Assembly (NCBI GenBank): GCA_963665275.2
Contig: CAXXIN010000018.1
Coordinates: 320,001 to 384,000 of the forward strand
Source of the DNA: Negativicutes bacterium
GTDB taxonomy: Bacteria; Bacillota; Negativicutes; UBA1444
DNA: 64,000 nucleotides
Direction of reading: 5' to 3'
Shown: in pieces, positions 1-9,206 of the stretch
Position numbering within the stretch: the stretch's first letter is position 1
Layout of the letters: each line of letters starts with the position of its first letter
The notes under the pieces: generated by a model
Databases searched by the model: none
What the model saw: the letters and a program-made list of their open reading frames with translations, nothing else
What the model was told of the DNA's origin: nothing
Position numbers and translations under genes: made by a program

Positions 1-2
1 AC

Positions 3-890
3 ACCACCCAATACTTCGAGATTCTCGGCAATCGAGGCATTTACCACGAAGGCTGGGTTGCCTGCACTTCCCCGGCAGCGCTGCCATGGGTAGCAGCTGC
101 TACGAAGGATGATGTCATCACCGGTTACAAATGGGAACTGTACCATGTGGACAAAGACTTTTCCGAAGCGGTCAATCTGGCTGAAAAATATCCGGCGAAA
201 CTGAAGGAACTGCAAGACCTGTTCTATGCTGAGGCAAAGAAATACAACGCTCTGCCGCTGGATGACAGCAAGCTCGACCGTTTAAACCCGGCCATCCGTC
301 CGAGCCTTACCCGGGGCAGGGACACCTTTACCTATTATGCCGGCATGAGCCGCATCCCGCGCGGCGCGGCGCCTGATTTGCTGAATCGTTCCTGGTCCAT
401 CTCGGCCGATGTGGCGCTTCCGGACAACGGAAACGGCATGATCATCACTCATGGCGGTCGCTTCGGCGGTTATGGCCTGTATATGCTCGAAGGCAAGGCG
501 GTTTATTCGTACAACATGAACGGCATGGTTCGGGCAGATATTGCTTCCTCTGGCAAGATACCTGCAGGAAAACATAACATCACCGTGGATTTTCAATATG
601 ACGGCGGCGGCCTTGCCAAAGCCGGAATCGCAACCATTCTGGCGGATGGTGCGCAGGTCGCTCAGGGTCGGGTGGAAATGACCACCCCTGTTCTGTTATC
701 GGCCGATGAGACTCTGGACATTGGCGAGGATTTTGGGACACCGGTAACTGAAGCCTATCAGGTACCCTTCCGTTTCAACGGCAAGATCGAGCAAGTCACG
801 ATCAAAATCCAACCGATCGACCCAGTTGCCGAGGAGCAATTGGGGATCATTAAACCGGCGGCCGAACTGAAGAAAAAAATCAGCGATTGA
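3..890 (+). CDS. Arylsulfatase (AtsA-like), C-terminal part; 5' end lies outside the window
   Basis: Frame open from base 3: TTQYFEILGNRGIYHEGWVA...WELYHVDKDFSE..NLAEKYPAKLKELQDLF, followed by the HGGRFGGY / DETLDIGED C-terminal domain typical of large arylsulfatases. Confidence 0.85.
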   Translation, partial: TTQYFEILGNRGIYHEGWVACTSPAALPWVAAATKDDVITGYKWELYHVDKDFSEAVNLAEKYPAKLKELQDLFYAEAKKYNALPLDDSKLDRLNPAIRPSLTRGRDTFTYYAGMSRIPRGAAPDLLNRSWSISADVALPDNGNGMIITHGGRFGGYGLYMLEGKAVYSYNMNGMVRADIASSGKIPAGKHNITVDFQYDGGGLAKAGIATILADGAQVAQGRVEMTTPVLLSADETLDIGEDFGTPVTEAYQVPFRFNGKIEQVTIKIQPIDPVAEEQLGIIKPAAELKKKISD

Positions 891-917
891 CCCAAATGTT
901 GAATAAGGGGGAGCCTT

Positions 918-2339
918 ATGGGCAAGAAGAAAGAAAAAGCAGGTAAGGGCAAAGAAAAAACGTTGCATCAGGAGAAGAGCTGCTCAAAAACATATCAGGT
1001 GAGATACGCTGCAGGGAAAGCACTACGGCAGTCCTGCCCGCACTCAGCGCATGCGATATGGGAACCTGCTTCAGACCGCCCAGATCCTGTAAAATTGGTT
1101 CTTGAGTCCGAGAAGGAACGAGTGCCCGAACTGCTTCCTCTCCGCCACGGCCGCATGGTTCGTTCCCCTTTTACTTTTTACCGAGGCTCAGCGCTCATCA
1201 TGGCTGATGATCTTTCTTCCACGCCAAACACCGGGGTTTACGTTCAATGCTGTGGCGACGCTCATCTGTGCAACTTCGGCGGGTTTGCCACTCCGGAGCG
1301 AAAAATCATTTTTTCGATCAACGACCTTGATGAGACACATCCAGCTCCATGGGAATGGGATGTCAAGCGCCTTGCCGCTAGCTTCGTGCTGGCCTGTCGG
1401 GACAACGGCCTGAAAGAATCGGAGGCTAGGGATTGCGTCCAGACCTGCGTCCGCACATATCGGGAGTATATGGCCGAATACAGCCGGATGAAGACACTGG
1501 ATCTCTGGTATGAATCATTGGGGCCGGAAAAATTAATACCAGAAGGCAACGATAAGATTCGAAAACGCATGAATAAACGCATCGAAAAAGAACAGGCAAA
1601 GAGTCGTGGCGAAGAGCTGTTTCCCAAATTGGCGGAACAAAGGGATGGCAATCCAATCATCAAGGACTTGCTCCCCACAATCTTCCACAATGATGAACTT
1701 ACTCCCGGAACCATCAATCAGAATATTGTCAATGCGTTTGCAGAATATCGCGAAACCCTCCCCTCGGCCTATCAGTCCCTGCTGGACAGGTATCAAATTA
1801 GGGATGCCGCAGCGAAAGTAGTGGGAGTGGGAAGTGTCGGAACCGCCTGCATGGTCTTGCTTCTAACTGCGGACGAAAATGATCCGCTTTTCCTTCAGGT
1901 AAAAGAAGCGCGGGCCTCGGTTCTGGAATCCTACACAAAGCCTAGCGTTTTTCCGAATCATGGCCAGCGCGTCGTGAATGGCTACCGGTTGATGTTGCCG
2001 GCCAGCGATATGTTTCTCGGTTGGAGCCGGGGACCCAAGCGCGATTTCTTTTTCCGTCAGTTACGGGACACGAAAATCAGCATCCGCGTAGAAACATTTG
2101 GATCTTTCGAGATGAATCTCTTTGCTAATTGGTGCGGTAGAGCTCTCGCACTCTCCCATGCCCGGTTTGGAAACTCCGCAACTCTCAGCGGGTATATGGG
2201 AACAAAGGATACCTTTGACCAGGCAATAGTGGACTTCTCCGTCGCATACGCTGATCAGAGCGAGAAAGATCATGCTGATTTCGCCAACGAGATCCGTGAG
2301 GGTACAGTGAAAGCTCTTTTTGAAGAAGAGGAGGCTTGA
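918..2339 (+). CDS. DUF2252 family (kinase-like) protein
   Basis: Motifs RHGRM..SPFTFYRG, CGDAHLCNFG, NDLDET..APWEWDVKRL, KVVGVGSVGT, LFLQVKEA; RBS GGGGGAG. Confidence 0.85.
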   Translation: MGKKKEKAGKGKEKTLHQEKSCSKTYQVRYAAGKALRQSCPHSAHAIWEPASDRPDPVKLVLESEKERVPELLPLRHGRMVRSPFTFYRGSALIMADDLSSTPNTGVYVQCCGDAHLCNFGGFATPERKIIFSINDLDETHPAPWEWDVKRLAASFVLACRDNGLKESEARDCVQTCVRTYREYMAEYSRMKTLDLWYESLGPEKLIPEGNDKIRKRMNKRIEKEQAKSRGEELFPKLAEQRDGNPIIKDLLPTIFHNDELTPGTINQNIVNAFAEYRETLPSAYQSLLDRYQIRDAAAKVVGVGSVGTACMVLLLTADENDPLFLQVKEARASVLESYTKPSVFPNHGQRVVNGYRLMLPASDMFLGWSRGPKRDFFFRQLRDTKISIRVETFGSFEMNLFANWCGRALALSHARFGNSATLSGYMGTKDTFDQAIVDFSVAYADQSEKDHADFANEIREGTVKALFEEEEA

Positions 2340-2454
2340 ACGAGGAAATCCTCAAAATGGTCTTTAATATCAGCAATCAGCGCAGCCTTTATTGGTTCGA
2401 TTACCGAGGCGGATACAGAGAAAGTGCAAAATTGACACAATTCAGGAGGCGTCC

Positions 2455-2934
2455 GTGACAATAGCAAAGAATAATTATTGCGTGGCGGCACTTTTACTCC
2501 TGGTGTTTGTAGGGGTCGTTTTTGCCGGCGACATACTCTTCCAACAGTGTACTCCCATGTGGTGGGTCGGAAGCTATGAAAAATGGTTTAAGGCTATTGA
2601 TCTCATCATTTCACTTGATCCCCATGTCATTGTCCCTGGACACGTGCCAGTGTGCGGGGTTGAAGATGCGATGGAAATGAAGGCCTATCTCGAATACGTT
2701 CGCAAAGAATCACGACGGTACTTTGATCAAGGGATCTCCTCGATGGAAGCTTCCAAAAAGATCGACCTGGGAAAATATGTCGAATGGCGAGCCCCGGCTC
2801 GACTCTATCTAAACGTCGAACGGGCTTATCGGGAAATCCGTTACGAACCGGAGGACGCACCCTGGGATTTGGCTAAAAGCTTTGATTCGATCTATCAACT
2901 AGCGAAAGCGCGAGGGCTCAAGATTGAGTTCTAG
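2455..2934 (+). pseudogene. C-terminal half of an MBL-fold hydrolase fused to a signal-peptide-like N-terminus
   Basis: AGGAGG + GTG 2455; VVFAGDILF and IVPGH motifs present but HxHxDH half absent. Confidence 0.65.
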
Positions 2935-3104
2935 TGAACGAGCGGGGAGAAGTGCGTGTTGCATCACGAGAAAATGTACTCAATCTTTAACGATTTCACA
3001 GGCCAATTAAAGCCAGATTTGTTATGCTAGTGAGCGGGCTAATTTGGCTTGAAGCGCAGCGATGTTTCGTGCAAAATCCTCAAAATTTACACTTGCCTCA
3101 TTGA

Positions 3105-3335
3105 TTACGTGAAGTGGATATTAGTGTTGAGATTGATGAACGCAATGAAAAGATCGGTTACAAAATTCGTGAAGCTCAGATGGAAAAAGTTCCATTCATG
3201 CTGCTGCTGGGTGATAAGGAAGAAGAAGCTAATGCCGTGGCCGTTCGTGTCCGTGGCAAGGGAGACGTGGGAACGATGCAGTTCGCCGCGTTCCAGGACA
3301 TGGTACTGGAAACCATTAAGACCAAAGCTCAATAG
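3105..3335 (+). pseudogene. thrS: 3' fragment of threonyl-tRNA synthetase (anticodon-binding domain)
   Basis: [39 protein letters not shown]...[10 protein letters not shown]; in-frame TGA directly upstream (3102-3104); canonical thrS position upstream of infC. Confidence 0.85.
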
Positions 3336-3351
3336 TCAACACATTAAACAT

Positions 3352-3400
3352 ACGAGAAGGGGCTGCATCGAAATATGCGTTTCGGTGCAGCCCCTTCGTT
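3352..3400. terminator. Terminator hairpin between convergent thrS fragment and yigZ
   Basis: GAAGGGGCTGCATCGAAA-tatgcg-TTTCGGTGCAGCCCCTTC inverted repeat. Confidence 0.75.
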
Positions 3401-3401
3401 A

Positions 3402-4040
3402 TTACTCCACATAATCATTTTCAGCATAGGCGATTCCTTGCTCGGAAAAGTAGGCAGCGCCTGCGGTAATGTCAGTGGCAAGCTTTTGCAACCGGAACTC
3501 CTGTCCAGATTCAACCAAGACATATAGGCGGACCAGGTCGGTGAATCGCTTGTCTGTGATGGTATAACCTTGAGTAATTAAAATATTTTCCAGAAGACCC
3601 AGTAAATTGTAAGCAATGTCGATGCCGATCCGGGAATGCAGGACGCGTTCGACAATGCCTGCTGCACGAATTCCTTCTGAGGCGCTTTTGCCATAAGCAC
3701 GGATTAGACCGCCGCTGCCCAGCTTGATACCGCCGAAATATCGTGTGACAACGATCGTAGTGTCACATAGCTGGCTTTTGCGGATTACTTCCCAAATAGG
3801 TTTGCCTGCCGTGCCGACGGGTTCCCCATCATCGTCGGATTTTTGAAACTCGTCGCGCGAGCCGGCAATGCATGCAAAACAGTTGTGGGTGGCATCGTGG
3901 TGCTGTTTGCGTATTCCCACCAGAAAGTCCAGCGCCTGTTTTTCGGTTTCCGTGCGCGCAACATGAGCGATGAAACAAGATTTATTGATTTCCAGCGTGG
4001 CTTTGGCGGCAGTTTTGATTGTAAGATAGTGTTTATGCAA
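3402..4040 (-). CDS. yigZ: YigZ/IMPACT family protein
   Basis: DATHNCFA, SDDDGEPVGTAG, VVTRYFGGIKLGSGGLIRAY; TTG start 4040 after AGGGG RBS. Confidence 0.9.
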   Translation of the reverse strand: MHKHYLTIKTAAKATLEINKSCFIAHVARTETEKQALDFLVGIRKQHHDATHNCFACIAGSRDEFQKSDDDGEPVGTAGKPIWEVIRKSQLCDTTIVVTRYFGGIKLGSGGLIRAYGKSASEGIRAAGIVERVLHSRIGIDIAYNLLGLLENILITQGYTITDKRFTDLVRLYVLVESGQEFRLQKLATDITAGAAYFSEQGIAYAENDYVE

Positions 4041-4130
4041 AATGCATCCCCTATGCACAATATGCGAATATCCAATATTTCTGCCTGCGTGAGAGGTGAA
4101 TTTCTGCATATCAGGCAAGAACTTGATTAA

Positions 4131-5033
4131 TCAGGAAGTTGTCTGAATGAATACTTTGACCCGATTTCCGTTTCCCAGATATTCGACTTTATTTAGATAG
4201 ATTTTATTAGCCATGGCGATTCCTCTGCCGTGAAGATCGAATATCCTTTCTTGGGTAAAGTCCAAATAGGGTTCAAAGTGAAAACCGTTTCCCTGATCGG
4301 TAATTATTATAGAGAAACCGTCAGGCTGGTGCTCGACATCCACGAAGACCCGACGGTCTTTATAACGCGGATCAGCAAGGCGATTATCAATTTCCGTCAT
4401 CCATTGTTGGTCCATTAATAATATAGTTTTGTCTTTGTAGGATATCTCCAGGTTGCCATGTTCGATTGAGTTGATGAAAAGTTCATATAAACCCAGACGA
4501 GTAGGGTCGGGTTCAGGGCAGAGGTTACTGAGCAAATAGGAAAGAGATTTTGCTTCTTCAAGAGTACTGAATTGATACGAAGTTTGGGTTGTTAATCGCA
4601 ATGCGGTCTGTAAGTAATTCACATCTTGTTTGAGGCTATCTCTTTCTCGATCAAACCGGATCGTGGACTGGATCATCGAAAGAAGTAAGCTGATATTAAC
4701 CGGTTTGGCCAGGTATCCATGCGCTCCAGCCTGGAGCCCTTCAACAAAGTCGCCTAATTCGGCAAGGCCTGTTTGCATGATCACGGGAATATTGCGCAGT
4801 GCTTTCTCGGCTTTCATTCGTCGTAGAAAAATGATGCTGTTTGATTCCGGCATCTGTCGATCCAGCAAAACCAGGCCAAAAGAATCTGGTTCAGTCAAAA
4901 GGAGACGCCACGCAACTTCACTATTATCTGCAGGAATCGCTACAAAACCCTGTGCGTTCAGAGCTTCGGTCAGAAGCTTTAAAGTTGCGGGATTGTCGTC
5001 CATGATCAGAATTTGAGTGTTTTGATTTTCCAT
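4131..5033 (-). CDS. Response regulator receiver fused to an RsbW-like HATPase domain
   Basis: ILIMDD..LLDRQMP..T..KP receiver; ELFINSIEHGN, DQGNGF, HGRGI ATPase boxes; ATG 5033 after GGAG. Confidence 0.8.
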   Translation of the reverse strand: MENQNTQILIMDDNPATLKLLTEALNAQGFVAIPADNSEVAWRLLLTEPDSFGLVLLDRQMPESNSIIFLRRMKAEKALRNIPVIMQTGLAELGDFVEGLQAGAHGYLAKPVNISLLLSMIQSTIRFDRERDSLKQDVNYLQTALRLTTQTSYQFSTLEEAKSLSYLLSNLCPEPDPTRLGLYELFINSIEHGNLEISYKDKTILLMDQQWMTEIDNRLADPRYKDRRVFVDVEHQPDGFSIIITDQGNGFHFEPYLDFTQERIFDLHGRGIAMANKIYLNKVEYLGNGNRVKVFIQTTS

Positions 5034-5281
5034 TTGCGACGCTCCACTTCTGTTGATGACGTAAGGGTTCATCTGGGTTACATTATAACATGAATGCTTC
5101 TGCCAATTTGTATGAATCCCACCTGTATTCCTGCCAATAGCCACCAACATCAAACCATCCAATTTTCACATGGAAGCCTTGTCAATATTGAGAAGGTGTT
5201 TTTATTGGATGGGTTATGGTATCAAAAGATTGGGCGGTATAGTAATTTGTCACGATGCAGGGGGAATATTTTCCTTCGGTG

Positions 5282-5310
5282 TTGACTTGCAGGGCAAGGG
5301 ATGATAATAT
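5282..5310 (+). promoter_or_regulatory. SigA promoter of infC operon
   Basis: TTGACT-N17-TAATAT with TG extension. Confidence 0.7.
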
Positions 5311-5318
5311 TTATAACG

Positions 5319-5455
5319 CAAGTAGAAGCCATCCGCTTCTCACCTTACAACGCTGAGGCTGTTGGTAAGGTCAACGGAGTAAACATCAGCGCAGTAGCGC
5401 AAGTTAGATGTTTGTTTTCAGCAGCGGGTGGAGAAATCCATCCGCTTTTGTTTTG
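5319..5455 (+). ncRNA. L20 ribosomal protein leader
   Basis: AGTAGAAGC..CCGCTTCTCACCT 5' motif and GCGGGTGGA..TCCATCCGC hairpin + T tract upstream of infC-rpmI-rplT. Confidence 0.85.
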
Positions 5456-5484
5456 CCAAAAAAAAGTGGAAGAGGTGAGAGACA

Positions 5485-6087
5485 ATTAGTAAAGAAACAC
5501 TGAGGATTAATGAAGAAATCCGAGCCCGGGAAGTGCGCGTAGTAAGCGCCAATAATGAACAGCTGGGAATCATGAGCTTGCGTGATGCTCTCCAAATGGC
5601 TGCTGAACAGCAGCTTGATCTGGTTGAGGTCGCTGCAGCTGCGAAACCTCCAGCCTGTCGTATCATGGACTTTGGTAAGTTTCGGTTTGAACAGCAGAAG
5701 CGTGATAAAGAAGCCAAGAAAAAACAAAAGGTCATCACGCTCAAGGAAGTCAAACTTCGGCCAAATATCGAAGATCATGATTACGAAGTGAAGAAGAAAA
5801 ATGCCCAACGTTTTATCGCTGACGGGGACAAAGTCAAAGTGACCATCATGTTCCGCGGACGCGAGCTCGCTCATCCTGAACTGGGACGCCAGATATTGGT
5901 GCGGATGGCCAATGAAATGAAAGAGCCGGCCATCGTTGAACGCGAGCCCAAAATTGAGGGAAGAAATATGTTCATGATTTTGACGCCCCGGCCCGCCAAG
6001 GTGCAACAAGCGCCTGCGAAGCCTGGAGCTCAGATCCAAAACGCCGTAGCTCAACCTGTAGCTGCGCCACAAAAGAAGGAGGATTAA
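5485..6087 (+). CDS. infC: Translation initiation factor IF-3 (ATT start)
   Basis: GAGGTG RBS then ATT AGT AAA GAA..RINEEIRAREVR in frame with the 5533 ORF; KEVKLRP, KVKVTIMFRGRE. Confidence 0.95.
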   Translation: MSKETLRINEEIRAREVRVVSANNEQLGIMSLRDALQMAAEQQLDLVEVAAAAKPPACRIMDFGKFRFEQQKRDKEAKKKQKVITLKEVKLRPNIEDHDYEVKKKNAQRFIADGDKVKVTIMFRGRELAHPELGRQILVRMANEMKEPAIVEREPKIEGRNMFMILTPRPAKVQQAPAKPGAQIQNAVAQPVAAPQKKED

Positions 6088-6090
6088 GCA

Positions 6091-6288
6091 ATGCCGAAAA
6101 TGAAGACTCGCCGAGCCGCCGCAAAACGGTTTAAGATAACCGGTTCCGGTGAATTCAAACGATCCAAGTCATTCCACAGTCACATTCTTGAATCCAAATC
6201 TCCCAAACGCAAACGCAATCTTCGTAAGGCTGGATTGGTCAGCAAGTCCGATCATGAACGCGTTCGCAAAATGCTTCCCTACGCATAA
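6091..6288 (+). CDS. rpmI: 50S ribosomal protein L35
   Basis: [20 protein letters not shown]. Confidence 0.98.
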   Translation: MPKMKTRRAAAKRFKITGSGEFKRSKSFHSHILESKSPKRKRNLRKAGLVSKSDHERVRKMLPYA

Positions 6289-6317
6289 AAACATAGTTTT
6301 GAAAGGAGGATGTTCCA

Positions 6318-6674
6318 ATGCCAAGAGTTAAAAAAGGCGTGACAGCACACGCACGTCATAAAAAAATACTGAAAATGGCTTCCGGTTATCGTGGAGCTCG
6401 TCGCCGCCAGTATCGCAAAGCAAACGAAACCGTAATGAAAGCCCTCTGGTATGCACGTCATGACCGTCGCGCGCGCAAGGGCGATTTCCGTCGTCTCTGG
6501 ATCGCCAGGATCAACGCCGCTGCCCGTATGAATGGTATTTCTTACAGCCAACTCATGTATGGATTGCATCAGGCTGGTATTGAGGTCAATCGTAAAATTC
6601 TTGCCGATCTGGCAATTAGCGATATGGCTGCTTTCACTAAATTGGTTGATGCTGCAAAAGCGAAACTCGCGTAA
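6318..6674 (+). CDS. rplT: 50S ribosomal protein L20
   Basis: [30 protein letters not shown]. Confidence 0.98.
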   Translation: MPRVKKGVTAHARHKKILKMASGYRGARRRQYRKANETVMKALWYARHDRRARKGDFRRLWIARINAAARMNGISYSQLMYGLHQAGIEVNRKILADLAISDMAAFTKLVDAAKAKLA

Positions 6675-6683
6675 ACCGTTTTG

Positions 6684-6715
6684 AAAACTCCCGCCGTCAT
6701 GGCGGGAGTTTTTTT
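6684..6715 (+). terminator. Intrinsic terminator after rplT
   Basis: AAAACTCCCGCC-gtcat-GGCGGGAGTTTTTTT. Confidence 0.85.
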
Positions 6716-6803
6716 CATATTTCGGCGAAATGGAGAAGGTGTTTTGTCAGAAGAATCGAATATTTAACATTAGAAATATCATAACAATAAGGGGGAGTTT
6801 CCA

Positions 6804-7652
6804 TTGGCTTTGGTTACCTTGCAACAGGTTCTGCAGGATGCCCGCAAACGGAAGTATGCTGTCGGCGGCTTCAACGTGTTTAACTTTGAAACGCTAGGTG
6901 CCGTAGTGGAAGTGGCCGAAGAACTTAAAGCGCCGTTAGTACTCGGAATTGCTGAACGTTTGTTCAAATTCGTGGACGTGGACACCTTGGCTGCAGCGAT
7001 GTCTCGCGCAGCACAGCGAACCTCAGTGCCCGTTGCCTTGCACCTCGATCATGGGCACACGTATGAGGGCGTCATGAAAGCTGTGCGTTGGGGGTTCACC
7101 TCAGTAATGTTTGATGGGTCTTCGTTGTCTGTTGCAGAAAATCTGAAGAAAACAAAAGAGATTACTCGTATAGCCCATTCCCTTGGCATTTCAGTCGAAG
7201 GTGAATTGGGCTATATTGGTCATTGTGATGATGTAACCGGGATCACCTCCAGCGAACTTGTATCGGCGGAAATAGCCGCCGACTTCGTGTTGAAAACTAA
7301 AATTGATGCACTCGCTGTGGCTGTTGGCACGACACATGGGAAGAACAAAGGACCGGCGGGCTTGAATATTGTCCGCCTGGCCGAATTGCACAATGCAGTC
7401 GATGTTCCCCTGGTTCTTCATGGCGGGTCTAAGCTGAGCCGTGAAGATTGCCGACTGGTAATTGACAATGGAATTTGCAAAATCAACATCGCGACGGATA
7501 TGTCGCTTTCAGCGGCGGAGCGGCTCAAAGCGGAACTGGAAAAGTCTCCGACAGCCAATTACATTCATCTCATGACATCTGTCAAAAAAGGCGTCAAGGA
7601 TTTAGTGCGCAAATACATGCTAAACTTTGATTGCATCAGTCGAGCTATCTGA
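6804..7652 (+). CDS. Class II fructose/tagatose-bisphosphate aldolase
   Basis: HLDHG, SVMFDGS, VEGELG, GTTHG, LVLHGGS, KINIAT. Confidence 0.9.
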   Translation: MALVTLQQVLQDARKRKYAVGGFNVFNFETLGAVVEVAEELKAPLVLGIAERLFKFVDVDTLAAAMSRAAQRTSVPVALHLDHGHTYEGVMKAVRWGFTSVMFDGSSLSVAENLKKTKEITRIAHSLGISVEGELGYIGHCDDVTGITSSELVSAEIAADFVLKTKIDALAVAVGTTHGKNKGPAGLNIVRLAELHNAVDVPLVLHGGSKLSREDCRLVIDNGICKINIATDMSLSAAERLKAELEKSPTANYIHLMTSVKKGVKDLVRKYMLNFDCISRAI

Positions 7653-7680
7653 AATAAGAACGCTGCGGGGATTAAACACT

Positions 7681-7713
7681 AAATCGCCGACTGCATCCTG
7701 CAGTCGGCGATTT
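7681..7713 (+). terminator. Hairpin terminator after aldolase
   Basis: AAATCGCCGACTGCA-tcc-TGCAGTCGGCGATTT. Confidence 0.75.
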
Positions 7714-7795
7714 ATATATATGGACGAACAGTGGACAAATGGATATAATAGAGAACGGTTTCAATGACGGAATATAATGGAAAGAAAAACTGGAG

Positions 7796-9190
7796 ATGAG
7801 TAGCTTCGTGACTCTTTATGAGGGAAGACAACGGATGGTCAACCTGATGGATATTTCGCAGTGGCGGTTGACCCCCTATCAGGTACTGGCACTCGGGTTT
7901 GCAGGTCTAATTCTTTCGGGAGCGTTTTTGCTGACGTTTCCGATTTCCACACAGTCAGGCGAAGGAACGCCTTTCCTTGATGCGCTTTTTACTGCAACTT
8001 CAGCAGTGTGTGTGACGGGGCTGGTGGTTGTTGATACAGGGACTTATTATTCTTATTTTGGACAGACGGTTATTATTTTGCTGATACAAGCCGGCGGTCT
8101 CGGTATCATGGCAATGTCTACCCTGTTTGCGCTATTGATCGGAAAAAGAATCCGGCTGAAAGAACGTCTTCTGATGCAGGAGGCTTTGAACCAATTGACG
8201 GTGTCCGGAGTGGTCCGCTTGACGATCTACATTTTCCGTATTACTTTGGGTATTGAATTCATAGGTGGGACAATCCTGGCGCTTCGTTGGTATCCTGACA
8301 TGGGTACGAAGGCGATCTATTACGGTTACTGGCATGCAGTTTCCTCTTTCTGCAATGCTGGATTTGATTTATTCGGGCCGATCACAGGGAAATTCAGCAG
8401 TATCACCTCCTATGTTGATGATATCACTGTCAATCTAACCATCGCCGGACTGATCATCTTGGGGGGGATTGGATTCGCTGTTATGTACGATATGTGGTCA
8501 AGTCGTTCGTTTGGCAAACTGTCAATGCATAGCAAGATCGTGCTGATAACGACTGGGGCACTGATCGTGGTTGGGGCGATCAGCATTTTTGTGTTTGAAC
8601 ATTCGAACCCTGCGACGTTGGGGCCATTGTCTGCTAAAGGGAAAATATTGGGGAGCTTTTTTCAATCGGTCACACCGCGTACGGCTGGCTACAATACGAT
8701 TGATATTGGGAAAATGTATGACGGATCTCTGCTGCTGATAGTCATCCTGATGTTCATTGGCGCGTCGCCTTCATCAACAGGCGGCGGGATCAAAACCTCC
8801 ACCTTTGCGGTGCTGGTTTTGGCCACTTGGGCCCTGATCAGGGGACGGAACGACGCGGAGTGCTTTGGCCGCCGAATTCCGAAAGATATAATCTATAAAG
8901 CTTTTTCAGTGATGTTCATATCTTTTACCCTGATTGTTATTGTGACAATGGCTCTGACGATCACTGAACAGGCGCAATTCATGCAGGTGCTGTTCGAAGT
9001 GACTTCTGCCTTTGGAACGGTGGGATTGACAACCGGTATGACTCCGTCGTTGTCGGCGCCAGGGAAACTGTGGCTGATTCTCACTATGTTCGCCGGGCGG
9101 GTCGGACCGATCACATTGGCGCTTGCTATTGCAATGAGAGCACGGAAAGCTCATATACAATATCCGGAAGGCAAAATAATGATTGGATAA
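7796..9190 (+). CDS. ktrB: Ktr/TrkH potassium uptake membrane subunit
   Basis: FTATSAVCVTGL, SSFCNAGF, PRTAGY, SPSSTGGGIK, SAFGTVGL pore motifs. Confidence 0.92.
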   Translation: MSSFVTLYEGRQRMVNLMDISQWRLTPYQVLALGFAGLILSGAFLLTFPISTQSGEGTPFLDALFTATSAVCVTGLVVVDTGTYYSYFGQTVIILLIQAGGLGIMAMSTLFALLIGKRIRLKERLLMQEALNQLTVSGVVRLTIYIFRITLGIEFIGGTILALRWYPDMGTKAIYYGYWHAVSSFCNAGFDLFGPITGKFSSITSYVDDITVNLTIAGLIILGGIGFAVMYDMWSSRSFGKLSMHSKIVLITTGALIVVGAISIFVFEHSNPATLGPLSAKGKILGSFFQSVTPRTAGYNTIDIGKMYDGSLLLIVILMFIGASPSSTGGGIKTSTFAVLVLATWALIRGRNDAECFGRRIPKDIIYKAFSVMFISFTLIVIVTMALTITEQAQFMQVLFEVTSAFGTVGLTTGMTPSLSAPGKLWLILTMFAGRVGPITLALAIAMRARKAHIQYPEGKIMIG

Positions 9191-9206
9191 AAGAGGGGCT
9201 GAGATT

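Noticed and set aside
2357-2458. 33-aa ORF MVFNISNQ...RRRP overlapping the GTG at 2455
   Set aside because: Weak RBS and no recognisable homology
2984-3027. Possible integron attC (CTTTAAC...GTTATGC)
   Set aside because: Too short, poor internal symmetry, no integrase or other cassettes
3049-3414. 121-aa ORF
   Set aside because: Alternative frame over the thrS fragment and its terminator
5404-6072. 222-aa minus-strand ORF
   Set aside because: Antisense shadow of infC
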